IMG/VR virus record: IMGVR_UViG_2531839532_000013
Coordinates: 1-17,312 of that record
DNA from: a virus
Lineage: Duplodnaviria > Heunggongvirae > Uroviricota > Caudoviricetes
Strand: one strand, 5' to 3'
DNA: 17,312 nucleotides
Shown here: positions 1 to 7,512 of the stretch, one piece after another
Layout of the letters: each line of letters starts with the position of its first letter
Numbering within the stretch: position 1 is the stretch's first letter
Notes under the pieces: generated by a model
Told to the model about the DNA's origin: nothing
Seen by the model: the letters and a program-made list of their open reading frames with translations, nothing else
The model's database searches: none
Position numbers and translations under genes: made by a program

Positions 1-483
1 ATGACGAAGAAAAAAGCACATAAACCTGGTTCAGCGACCATCGCGCTTAACAAGCGCGCCCGTCACGAATACTTTATCGAAGAAGAGTTCGAAGCGGGAC
101 TTGCCCTGCAAGGCTGGGAAGTTAAATCCCTGCGCGCAGGAAAAGCCAATATCAGCGACAGCTACGTCCTTCTGCGTGACGGAGAGGCATTTCTGTTTGG
201 CGCTAACATCACGCCAATGGCCGTGGCCTCCACGCATGTGGTGTGCGATCCTACCCGTACCCGCAAGTTACTTCTCAACCAGCGCGAACTGGACTCATTG
301 TACGGTCGCGTCAATCGAGAAGGCTATACCGTAGTGGCGCTCTCCCTGTACTGGAAAAATGCCTGGTGCAAAGTGAAAATCGGCGTCGCCAAAGGTAAGA
401 AACAGCACGATAAACGTTCAGATATCAAAGAGCGCGAATGGCAGGTGGATAAAGCACGTATCATGAAAAACGCCCACCGTTAA
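1..483 (+). CDS. smpB: SsrA-binding protein SmpB (trans-translation cofactor), complete 160 aa
   Basis: Full ORF starting with ATG at window position 1; the translated protein is recognisably enterobacterial SmpB; it sits immediately upstream of tmRNA, the conserved smpB-ssrA arrangement. Confidence 0.95.
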
Positions 484-671
484 ACCTGCACTCCAATTAT
501 TGACCAGTTCCTCACCGCGCCTCCCTCTCCGGCGGCGCGAATGAACATCTTATTGGCTATCACATCCGACACAAATGTTGCCATCCCATTGCTTAATCGA
601 ATAAAAATCAGGCTACATGGGTGCTAAATCTTTAACGATAACGCCATTGAGGCTGGTCATGGCGCTCATAA

Positions 672-683
672 ATCTGGTATACT
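672..683 (+). promoter_or_regulatory. Candidate ssrA promoter, extended -10 element (TGnTATACT) about 14 nt upstream of the mature tmRNA 5' end
   Basis: Sequence ctggtatact at 674-683 gives TG 675-676 and TATACT 678-683; no good -35 found, consistent with an extended -10 promoter. Position relative to the mature 5' end implies a short precursor leader. Inference only. Confidence 0.35.
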
Positions 684-697
684 TACCTTTACACATT

Positions 698-1060
698 GGG
701 GCTGATTCTGGATTCGACGGGATTTGCGAAACCCAAGGTGCATGCCGAGGGGCGGTTGGCCTCGTAAAAAGCCGCAAAAAATAGTCGCAAACGACGAAAA
801 CTACGCTTTAGCAGCTTAATAACCTGCTTAGAGCCCTCTCTCCCTAGCCTCCGCTCTTAGGACGGGGATCAAGAGAGGTCAAACCCAAAAGAGATCGCGT
901 GGAAGCCCTGCCTGGGGTTGAAGCGTTAAAACTTAATCAGGCTAGTTTGTTAGTGGCGTGTCCGTCCGCAGCTGGCAAGCGAATGTAAAGACTGACTAAG
1001 CATGTAGTACCGAGGATGTAGGAATTTCGGACGCGGGTTCAACTCCCGCCAGCTCCACCA
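698..1060 (+). ncRNA. ssrA: tmRNA (SsrA, 10Sa RNA), 363 nt, ending in CCA
   Basis: Starts GGGGCTGATTCTGGATTCGACGGG (tRNA-like acceptor 5' half), contains the tag-encoding frame, ends GGTTCAACTCCCGCCAGCTCCACCA (T-arm and acceptor 3' half); matches E. coli tmRNA as I recall it. Confidence 0.95.
787..819 (+). other. tmRNA internal tag reading frame (resume codon GCA to TAA) encoding ANDENYALAA
   Basis: GCA AAC GAC GAA AAC TAC GCT TTA GCA GCT TAA read directly at 787-819 inside ssrA. Confidence 0.9.
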
Positions 1061-1070
1061 AATAAATCAA

Positions 1071-1103
1071 GGGGTTACGTGAAAGCGTAGCCCCTTTTTC
1101 TTT
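1071..1103 (+). terminator. Rho-independent terminator of ssrA
   Basis: Stem GGGGTTACG (1071-1079) / CGTAGCCCC (1086-1094) with one G-U pair, loop TGAAAG, followed by TTTTTCTTT (1095-1103). Confidence 0.7.
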
Positions 1104-1203
1104 GGTAGTGGCGGCAAAATGGCGACAGACTTTTGCGTCCATCTTGCCTGTCGCCATCTTGAAATCATGCAAAGAGGTTTCACATGGAAGAACTTCACTT
1201 TGT

Positions 1204-2541
1204 TTACATCAATGCAAATGGTCGTATCTCCAGCACGCGCTGGATGGTTCCCATCGCATCCTTCGTCATCTGCTTTTCAATCACTTCAGGATTGAGTTTC
1301 AGCAGATTCATCCCTTCAAAGAAACTCTTGCTTTGCATGGTGGCAATGGACAATTCACGCACCATCGCGTTTGCTGCACTGGCTGCAACCTCTGGCGCAG
1401 CGCCCAGTGTCAGGAAGGTGGAACCCAGCGCCGCCGCTTTACGATAATCCAGACGGTCAGCCACACCGCCCAGACGTTGCATCACATCAATGATGTCTGC
1501 CCCTTTCGACATGGCGTTATCATCCAGATAGTTCAGCGCATCGCCGAGCTGTTCAATATTGCGGGTAGGTATTTTGTAGAGCTGGGCGATTTTCCCCAGA
1601 CTTTCTGACAGTTCATCCGCTGGCAGCTCAAAGGCTGTGGCCGCCTTTGCTGCCGTACTGGCGAAGGCCAGCAGGTCACGTTTCTGGTCTTCCCAGCTGT
1701 CGTCAGGGTTTGCGACGTTCATGCGCGCACCACCTTCAACCAGTGCAGCGAAATCCACCGCACCGTTTTCCATCGGCAACTGTTCGCTGGCAGCCTTGAT
1801 GGCATCCTGCATTTCATAAAAACGTGCAGTGCGGTTGCCATTATCGTCACGCAGGCCATTGACCTGCTTTGCCACACCTTTCATGGCATCTTCCATGCTG
1901 GTATAGCTTTTTACTGCCACCATCACTGGTGCGCCCATTGCCAGCCCTGCAGCCGTGGTGGTGGCTCCGGCACCTGCAATACGATCACGCACCTCCAGCG
2001 AACGGGCATAACTGGCACGCGCTGCATTCATCCTGCGCTGAGCTTCCCCCAGTCGCTTCAGCCGCGCCTCCTGTTTCGAAAGTTCCTGGTTATAACGTGA
2101 TGTTTCACGGGCTAAACGGGCAGTTGCTCCCGCATCGTCTTTCGCAGAAATTCCCGCCCGGTACAGTTCAGCACGCACAAGCGCCGTCTGCTGCTGCAGC
2201 TTTTTCTGGCGTTCTTCCAGGCGCTGAACAGCCAGCCGTTGACGGCCCAGAGCAACAACCTGACGTTGCGAAGGCGGCCCCATCGCTCCCAGTTCCTGAC
2301 TGAGCAAATTTGCACGCTGGCGGGCATAGTTCAGCCTGTCGCCTAATTTCTGATTTTCTGCCTGCAGCTTTCGGAAGCTGTCCAGACTGCTCCCGGCCTG
2401 ATCAAGCTGCTTTATTGCATCGCGGGATTTTTTGACAGCAGCAGCCAGTTCTCTTGAACTGGCCTGCGCAGATCGAAATGGGCGGGTGAGCTTGTCAACC
2501 GCATTAAGAATGACCTGCAGACGCAGGTTGTTATCACTCAT
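1204..2541 (-). pseudogene. Tail tape-measure protein (P2 gpT-like), N-terminal 445-aa fragment, C-terminally truncated
   Basis: ATG at 2541 overlaps the stop of the upstream -1 frame extension (ATGAGTGA), the P2 E'/T arrangement. N-terminal coiled-coil region rich in Q/R/A/L followed by a tape-measure-core-like segment (KAAALGSTFLTLGAAPEVAASAANAMVRELSIATMQ). The ORF stops at 445 aa, about 140 bp from the ssrA terminator, whereas P2-type tape measures are roughly twice that length. Confidence 0.65.
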
Positions 2542-2713
2542 CGTTGGCCCCGCTTCTCTGAATCGCTTTATACCGCCATTCCAGCACTTCGGTCAGCGGC
2601 ATAACGTCAGTAACGGATGGCGGCCAGTGAAAAATGGTGGCGATATCTGCCACCAGATCGTCAACCGTCAGGCTGTCGGAAAACCGGCAAGCACCGACTT
2701 CTTCAACAAAAAA
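2534..2713 (-). CDS. gpE' -1 frame extension (E+E' frameshift product), open from the slippery site to a TGA overlapping the tape-measure ATG
   Basis: Hand translation of the -1 frame from the heptamer (minus strand, 2713 to 2707) gives 57 sense codons (VEEVGACRFSDSLTVDDLVADIATIFHWPPSVTDVMPLTEVLEWRYKAIQRSGANDE) ending at TGA 2536-2534, which overlaps the T-fragment ATG at 2541-2539. Confidence 0.55.
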   Translation of the reverse strand, partial: FFVEEVGACRFSDSLTVDDLVADIATIFHWPPSVTDVMPLTEVLEWRYKAIQRSGANDE

Positions 2714-2892
2714 GTGACAACCTCAACCGACATGGCAGTGAGATCTGCCGGGTCCATCTCTGCAATTTCCTGTGCAGTCAGTGCCGGACTGGAGATGCGG
2801 GGGATCACGGTCATCATCGCGTTTACATCCATACCGCCTGTTGCACGCTGGCGGTAGTCCTGGCGGCTGTCTTCATGGCTCAGCTTGTCCAC
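2668..2892 (-). CDS. Tail assembly chaperone gpE-like ORF (possibly 5'-truncated); zero-frame product of the E/E' frameshift pair
   Basis: Small ORF immediately upstream of the tape-measure start on the same strand; contains slippery heptamer T TTT TTG twelve codons before its stop. The ORF-track start at 2892 is GTG; first ATG is at 2832. Assignment is by position and frameshift architecture, not by sequence identity. Confidence 0.5.
   Translation of the reverse strand: MDKLSHEDSRQDYRQRATGGMDVNAMMTVIPRISSPALTAQEIAEMDPADLTAMSVEVVTFLLKKSVLAGFPTA
2707..2713 (-). other. Programmed -1 ribosomal frameshift slippery heptamer TTTTTTG (X XXY YYZ form)
   Basis: Plus-strand caaaaaa at 2707-2713 reads T TTT TTG on the minus strand, in frame as ACT TTT TTG within the gpE-like ORF; the same heptamer is used by the P2 E/E' tail chaperone genes as I recall. 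Confidence 0.55.
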
Positions 2893-3617
2893 CTCAGCTG
2901 TGCCTGCAGGGCTGTCTCCAGCTCAGACAGGCGTTCTTCCTGTTCAGACAGGGATTTTTCGGTGCGCGCACTCAGGTTTTGCTGCTCAGTGGCAACCAGC
3001 TCCACGGCCTTATGCACATCAGAGAACCGGGCATCATCGGACTGCTCTTTTTTGGTGAACAGCGCCGTGACACGGGCAAACAGGGATGGTTTTTCGTCCT
3101 GGACTTCTTCCAGTTCGATCACCGTTTCCTCTGCAGCGGTAAAAAGATTGGCGGGATTCTGCTTGCGGTTTGCCAGCGGGTTATGGGCTGCACTGGCGCT
3201 GAATGTCAGCATTTCCGTACCCAGACTGGCGGGATCATCAGTGGCGGCCAGGCCAACCAGGTAGGCTTTGCCCGTATCAGCGAACTTCGGGCTGACTTCC
3301 ATAGAGGTGAATAATTTCTGGCCTTTTTTCACCAGTTCCACCAAGGACTCCGTTGGCTCAACGTCGGCATACAGCGCCATCTTGCCTGCCAGCGGACCTT
3401 CCGTGATTTCTTCAGCAAACAGCGCCGTCACCTTGCCGTAGCGGTTAAAGGTGCTGTCCGGAAGATAAGACTTGATGTGCTCAAGGTTAATCAGCGCGGT
3501 ATACACCGCCGGGTTGTAGCTGGCTGCCATCTGTTCCAGCCATTCACGCTGGATTTCACGTCCGTCGGTAGTGGCACCTTCCACCCCGATGCGAAAACGC
3601 TTTGCTTTCACTGTCAT
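2880..3617 (-). CDS. O: Capsid scaffolding protein gpO (P2 family), 245 aa; C-terminus probably altered by a deletion junction
   Basis: ATG at 3617 with GGAG upstream; protein shows the gpO pattern (RIGVEGATTDGREI..., INLEHIKSYLPD..., KAYLVGLAATDDPASLGTEMLTF, SDDARFSDVHKAVE). It is shorter than I recall for P2 gpO and ends in LRWTS directly overlapping the gpE-like ORF. Confidence 0.8.
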   Translation of the reverse strand: MTVKAKRFRIGVEGATTDGREIQREWLEQMAASYNPAVYTALINLEHIKSYLPDSTFNRYGKVTALFAEEITEGPLAGKMALYADVEPTESLVELVKKGQKLFTSMEVSPKFADTGKAYLVGLAATDDPASLGTEMLTFSASAAHNPLANRKQNPANLFTAAEETVIELEEVQDEKPSLFARVTALFTKKEQSDDARFSDVHKAVELVATEQQNLSARTEKSLSEQEERLSELETALQAQLRWTS

Positions 3618-3695
3618 GAGCCGTGCTCCGTTAGAAAAAACTTACTGGAGCCTTATGGTTGCGGTGATGGGGGCAGTGAAACAATGCGCGGTATT

Positions 3696-3713
3696 TGTAC
3701 CGACAACCACACA
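3696..3713. promoter_or_regulatory. TGT-N12-ACA dyad, the Ogr/B-type late-activator binding site of P2/186 late promoters, in the divergent O/P intergenic region
   Basis: TGT at 3696-3698, 12-nt spacer accgacaaccac, ACA at 3711-3713; centre lies about 87 nt upstream of the O start codon and 55 nt upstream of the P start codon. Confidence 0.45.
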
Positions 3714-3759
3714 AACCGCAGGCGGGGAAAGCCTTCATTCAAGGCTGTAGGTTTGTGCC

Positions 3760-5526
3760 ATGAACACCACACTGACACCCGCAGATCTCGATCCCCGTCG
3801 GCAGGCCATGCTGCTGTACTTTCAGGGATACCGCGTAGCCCGCATTGCTGAAATGCTGGGCGAGAAAGTTGCAACCGTTCACAGCTGGAAAAAACGCGAC
3901 AAGTGGGGTGACTATGGGCCGCTGGATCAGATGCAGCTCACCACCGCCGCACGCTACTGCCAGCTCATTATGAAGGAGCACAAAGAAGGGAAAGATTTCA
4001 AAGAGATTGACCTGCTGGCGCGCCAGTCGGAGCGCCACGCGCGGATCGGCAAGTTTAACAATGGCGGCAACGAAGCCGACTTAAACCCTAACGTCGCCAA
4101 CCGCAACAAAGGCCCGCGCCGTCAGCCGGAAAAGAATGTTTTCACCGATGAGCAGATTGAGAAGCTGGAAGAAATCTTCCATTCCTCCATGTTCAACTAC
4201 CAGCGCCACTGGTGGGAAGCCGGAAAAGCCAACCGCATCCGCAACCTGCTGAAGTCACGCCAGATCGGCGCGACCTTTTACTTTGCCCGTGAAGCCCTGA
4301 TTGACGCCCTGCTTACCGGACGTAACCAGATTTTCCTTTCCGCCAGCAAGGCACAGGCCCACGTCTTTAAGCAGTACATCATCGACTTCGCCAAAGAAGT
4401 GGAGGTGGAGTTGAAAGGCGATCCGATGGTGCTTCCTAACGGGGCCACGCTTTACTTCCTCGGCACCAATGCCCGCACTGCCCAGAGTTATCACGGCAAC
4501 CTGTATCTGGATGAATATTTCTGGATACCGAAATTCCAGGAGCTGCGCAAAGTGGCTTCCGGTATGGCTATTCACAAAAAATGGCGACAAACCTATTTTT
4601 CCACGCCATCCAGCCTGACTCACAGTGCTTATCCGTTCTGGTCCGGTGCGCTGTTCAATCGTGGGCGCAACAAAGCCGATAAGGTGGACATCGACCTGTC
4701 CCACAGCAATCTGGCCCCCGGCCTGCTGTGCGCAGACGGGCAGTACCGCCAGATAGTCACTGTGGAAGATGCGGTGCGCGGCGGCTGTAACCTGTTCGAC
4801 CTCGACCAGTTGCGCATGGAGTACAGCCCGGACGAATACCAGAACCTGCTGATGTGCGAGTTTGTGGACGATCTCGCGTCCGTGTTTCCGCTCAGCGAGC
4901 TGCAGGCGTGCATGGTGGACAGTTGGGAAGTCTGGACCGACTTTCATGCTCTGGCCCTGCGCCCGTTTGGCTGGCGCGAAGTGTGGATCGGTTATGACCC
5001 GGCAAAAGGTACGCAGAACGGCGACAGCGCCGGATGCGTGGTGGTGGCACCGCCAGCCGTGCCGGGCGGTAAGTTTCGCATTCTTGAGCGTCACCAGTGG
5101 CGCGGGATGGACTTCCGCGCCCAGGCTGACGCAATCAAAAAACTGACCGAGCAGTACAACGTGACCTACATCGGCATCGACTCAACCGGCGTTGGTCACG
5201 GGGTTTACGAGAACGTGAAAGCGTTCTTTCCTGCCGTCCGGGAGTTTGTCTACAACCCCAACGTTAAAAACGCCCTGGTACTCAAGGCCTACGACATTAT
5301 CAGCCACCGCCGTCTGGAGTTTGACGCCGGACATACCGACATTGCGCAGTCATTTATGGCAATCCGTCGCGCCACCACCGCCAGTGGCAACCGCCCGACC
5401 TATGAAGCCAGCCGCAGCGAAGAAGCCAGCCACGCCGATCTGGCATGGGCAACAATGCACGCACTGTTTAACGAACCGCTGCAGGGCGAATCCGCCAATA
5501 CCAGCAATATTGTGGAGATTTTTTGA
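3760..5526 (+). CDS. P: Terminase large (ATPase/nuclease) subunit gpP, 588 aa
   Basis: ATG at 3760; strong resemblance to P2 gpP throughout (QAMLLYFQGYRVARIAEMLGEKVATVHSWKKRDKW, KSRQIGATFYFAREALIDALLTGRNQIFLSASKAQAHVFKQYII, WIGYDPAKG...DSAGCVVVAPP); stop TGA overlaps the Q start. Confidence 0.92.
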   Translation: MNTTLTPADLDPRRQAMLLYFQGYRVARIAEMLGEKVATVHSWKKRDKWGDYGPLDQMQLTTAARYCQLIMKEHKEGKDFKEIDLLARQSERHARIGKFNNGGNEADLNPNVANRNKGPRRQPEKNVFTDEQIEKLEEIFHSSMFNYQRHWWEAGKANRIRNLLKSRQIGATFYFAREALIDALLTGRNQIFLSASKAQAHVFKQYIIDFAKEVEVELKGDPMVLPNGATLYFLGTNARTAQSYHGNLYLDEYFWIPKFQELRKVASGMAIHKKWRQTYFSTPSSLTHSAYPFWSGALFNRGRNKADKVDIDLSHSNLAPGLLCADGQYRQIVTVEDAVRGGCNLFDLDQLRMEYSPDEYQNLLMCEFVDDLASVFPLSELQACMVDSWEVWTDFHALALRPFGWREVWIGYDPAKGTQNGDSAGCVVVAPPAVPGGKFRILERHQWRGMDFRAQADAIKKLTEQYNVTYIGIDSTGVGHGVYENVKAFFPAVREFVYNPNVKNALVLKAYDIISHRRLEFDAGHTDIAQSFMAIRRATTASGNRPTYEASRSEEASHADLAWATMHALFNEPLQGESANTSNIVEIF

Positions 5527-6566
5527 TGGGAAAGAGTAAGAAGAACCGAGCTGCGGCGACGAAACAGATCCAGCTTAAAAGTCAAACTACAGCCGAAGCA
5601 TTCAGCTTCGGCGATCCCGTTCCTGTTCTGGACCGCCGTGAACTGCTGGACTATGTGGAATGCGTACAGATGGACCGTTGGTATGAGCCGCCCGTCAGCT
5701 TTGACGGACTGGCGCGCACCTTCCGCGCCGCCGTGCATCACAGTTCCCCGATTGCAGTAAAGTGCAACATTCTGACCAGTACCTATATCCCTCATCCGCT
5801 GCTCAGCCAGCAGGCTTTTTCGCGTTTTGTGCAGGACTATCTGGTATTTGGTAACGCCTACCTGGAGAAACGCACGAACCGATTCGGTGAAGTTATCGCC
5901 CTTGAGCCTGCGCTGGCAAAATACACCCGACGCGGGTTAGACCTGGATACCTACTGGTTTGTGCAATACGGTATGACAACCCAGCCGTATCAGTTCACGA
6001 AAGGCAGCATTTTTCATCTAATGGAACCGGATATTAATCAGGAGATCTACGGCCTGCCCGGTTATCTTTCTGCAATTCCGTCTGCCCTGCTCAACGAGTC
6101 CGCCACGCTGTTCCGTCGAAAGTATTACATTAACGGCAGTCATGCAGGCTTCATCATGTACATGACCGATGCCGCGCAAAACCAGGAGGATGTGAACAAC
6201 CTCCGCAATGCGATGAAAAGCGCCAAAGGACCAGGTAACTTCCGCAATCTGTTTATGTACTCGCCTAACGGCAAAAAGGACGGGCTTCAGATCATCCCGT
6301 TGTCAGAAGTCGCGGCGAAGGATGAGTTTCTGAATATCAAGAACGTGAGCCGGGACGACATGATGGCAGCACACCGAGTGCCGCCGCAGATGATGGGGAT
6401 TATGCCTAATAATGTAGGGGGGTTTGGGGATGTGGAGAAAGCCAGCCGGGTATTTGTTCGGAATGAACTGATGCCTTTACAAAAACGCATTGCCGAAATT
6501 AATGAATGGTTAGATGAAGAGGTAGTCAAATTTGAATATTATGGCTTAGAAAATAATCAGTCATAA
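5526..6566 (+). CDS. Q: Portal vertex protein gpQ
   Basis: ATG at 5526 overlaps the P stop (TTGATGG); the ORF-track start at 5523 is a TTG. Co-oriented with and coupled to gpP and divergent from gpO, as in P2. Confidence 0.85.
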   Translation: MGKSKKNRAAATKQIQLKSQTTAEAFSFGDPVPVLDRRELLDYVECVQMDRWYEPPVSFDGLARTFRAAVHHSSPIAVKCNILTSTYIPHPLLSQQAFSRFVQDYLVFGNAYLEKRTNRFGEVIALEPALAKYTRRGLDLDTYWFVQYGMTTQPYQFTKGSIFHLMEPDINQEIYGLPGYLSAIPSALLNESATLFRRKYYINGSHAGFIMYMTDAAQNQEDVNNLRNAMKSAKGPGNFRNLFMYSPNGKKDGLQIIPLSEVAAKDEFLNIKNVSRDDMMAAHRVPPQMMGIMPNNVGGFGDVEKASRVFVRNELMPLQKRIAEINEWLDEEVVKFEYYGLENNQS

Positions 6567-6572
6567 AAAAGA

Positions 6573-6605
6573 AGTGAACAAGTTGAAATTATCAGCTTGT
6601 TCACT
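6573..6605. terminator. Bidirectional rho-independent terminator between convergent Q and the Q-cos cargo genes
   Basis: Perfect 10-bp stem AGTGAACAAG (6573-6582) / CTTGTTCACT (6596-6605) with a 13-nt loop; A6 run upstream on the plus strand (a U-run for the minus strand) and a weak T-rich tract downstream. Confidence 0.65.
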
Positions 6606-6621
6606 ATTATCTGTATTATCT

Positions 6622-6891
6622 CTACTGCATCCGTCCGGGTAAATCGCTTTCATTGCGTAAACGCCAAGCTAACTGTTCACGATCCCAAACTATATCGTCT
6701 TTGCTAGCCTTTCTAAAATTTGCTAGCACAGTACTGCTTATAGCGTAATTACCATTCTCATTAGTTTTGATGAACTCGTCCCCAAAGTCATTGATTAGAA
6801 ATTCAACAACCTCGGACTGATACAACACACCATTAGAACGAGTGGTATTAACCATCCAGTCAACTATTTTTATCAGAGAATCATTCATCAT
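6622..6891 (-). CDS. Hypothetical protein, about 88 aa, unrecognised; second gene of an overlapping two-gene cargo unit
   Basis: ORF-track start at 6912 is TTG; tandem ATG codons at 6891 and 6888 preceded by GAGAG. The start overlaps the stop of the upstream gene by 11 nt (minus-strand ATGATGAATGA). Visibly AT-rich relative to the phage core. Confidence 0.55.
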   Translation of the reverse strand: MMNDSLIKIVDWMVNTTRSNGVLYQSEVVEFLINDFGDEFIKTNENGNYAISSTVLANFRKASKDDIVWDREQLAWRLRNESDLPGRMQ

Positions 6892-7090
6892 CACTCTCAG
6901 CTTTTGGAACAAATAAAACTAGAGTATCTTCATGAAAAACTCCGCGCTGGTTCTTAGCACCAATAAACCACGTACAAACTGCCATTGTAGCCGATTGGTA
7001 GTGATCAATTACCATGATTGGACCATGTCCTGTTGCATGTTTTACTTTCTGGCCCGGTGTATATTTTGCCACTCTCACGTCTCCTTTCAT
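6881..7090 (-). CDS. Small DUF2158 / YodC-like protein, 69 aa
   Basis: ATG at 7090; an AAGGAG motif inside the first codons precedes in-frame GTG codons, so the true start may be a few codons later. Sequence pattern (GDVRV...GHGPIMVIDH...CTWF...GVFHEDTLVLF) fits the small YodC/DUF2158 family as I recall it. Confidence 0.6.
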   Translation of the reverse strand: MKGDVRVAKYTPGQKVKHATGHGPIMVIDHYQSATMAVCTWFIGAKNQRGVFHEDTLVLFVPKAESDDE

Positions 7091-7151
7091 GTGTAAGTTA
7101 TCAATTTCAGAATATATCTACATTAATTGCAAGTAAACATGTTTGCGCGCG

Positions 7152-7170
7152 CTCGTATCCCCGCCACGCC
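7152..7170. other. Candidate cos (cohesive end) site of the P2/186 family
   Basis: CTCGTATCCCCGCCACGCC at 7152-7170 matches the reverse complement of the 186-type 19-nt cohesive end as I remember it at about 15 of 19 positions, including the CCCCGCCACGCC core; it lies between Q and the A side, where cos sits in P2. Confidence 0.45.
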
Positions 7171-7215
7171 TGCCCGCTTTATGTAGTGGTTTTCATGCAG
7201 GAGCATGATCTACGC

Positions 7216-7239
7216 AAAAGCCCGCCAGTTCTGGCGGGC
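7216..7239 (-). terminator. Terminator-like GC hairpin with U-run on the minus strand, just beside the cos candidate
   Basis: Stem GCCCGCCA (7220-7227) / TGGCGGGC (7232-7239), loop GTTC; plus-strand AAAA at 7216-7219 gives a U-run after the hairpin on the minus strand. Confidence 0.4.
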
Positions 7240-7512
7240 CTTAGCAAAAACGATCCTCAAACGATCATGCAATCTCATGCAGCATAGACATGCACAGACG
7301 AGTAAAGCGAATCGGACTTTACGCAAGGTGAACTCCTCAGCGGGCATAATCAGTATGTCGGAAGATCTCTAAAAATAAATAATTCGGTTAACAGGTATGC
7401 TTACAAAAGCATATATTTGATTAAAAATCATGTAAGGGGGAGGATCTCAAACTGAATCGCCACGGGTTTTACAAATTTCGATAGTCTCTCTAACGTTTCG
7501 GCTGAGGTCAAA

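Noticed and set aside
31-334. ORFs 31..237 (-) and 101..334 (+) within smpB
   Set aside because: Overlap the conserved smpB reading frame; spurious.
1204-2541. The 445-aa ORF as the major capsid protein gpN, which is what normally follows gpO
   Set aside because: Its N-terminus is a long Q/R/A-rich coiled-coil and its C-terminal part has tape-measure-core character; it is preceded by a gpE/E'-type frameshift cassette whose -1 frame stop overlaps its ATG; none of this fits a capsid protein.
1102-3314. Plus-strand ORFs 1102..1608, 1184..1447, 1637..1819, 1869..2303, 2432..2857, 2617..3264 and 2772..3314, and minus-strand 2112..2327
   Set aside because: They lie antisense to or nested within the tape-measure fragment, gpE/E' and gpO reading frames, have no ribosome-binding sites I could see, and translate to low-complexity Arg/Ala/Pro/Cys-rich sequence typical of shadow ORFs in GC-rich coding DNA.
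3477-5795. ORFs 3477..3851, 3653..3874, 3739..4038, 4255..5094, 4629..4913, 4862..5146, 4892..5134, 5246..5539 and 5400..5795
   Set aside because: All overlap the O/P promoter region or lie inside or antisense to the well-supported gpP and gpQ genes; no independent start signals; interpreted as frame shadows.
7018-7287. Plus-strand 89-aa ORF spanning the cos-like site
   Set aside because: Crosses the cos candidate and the hairpin, overlaps the 5' end of the DUF2158-like gene on the other strand, and has no ribosome-binding site.
7467-7496. Possible sigma70 promoter for the secreted-protein gene (TTTACA, 17 nt, TAACGT)
   Set aside because: The -10 hexamer is poor and the implied start site would sit almost on the ribosome-binding site; not convincing enough to call as a feature.
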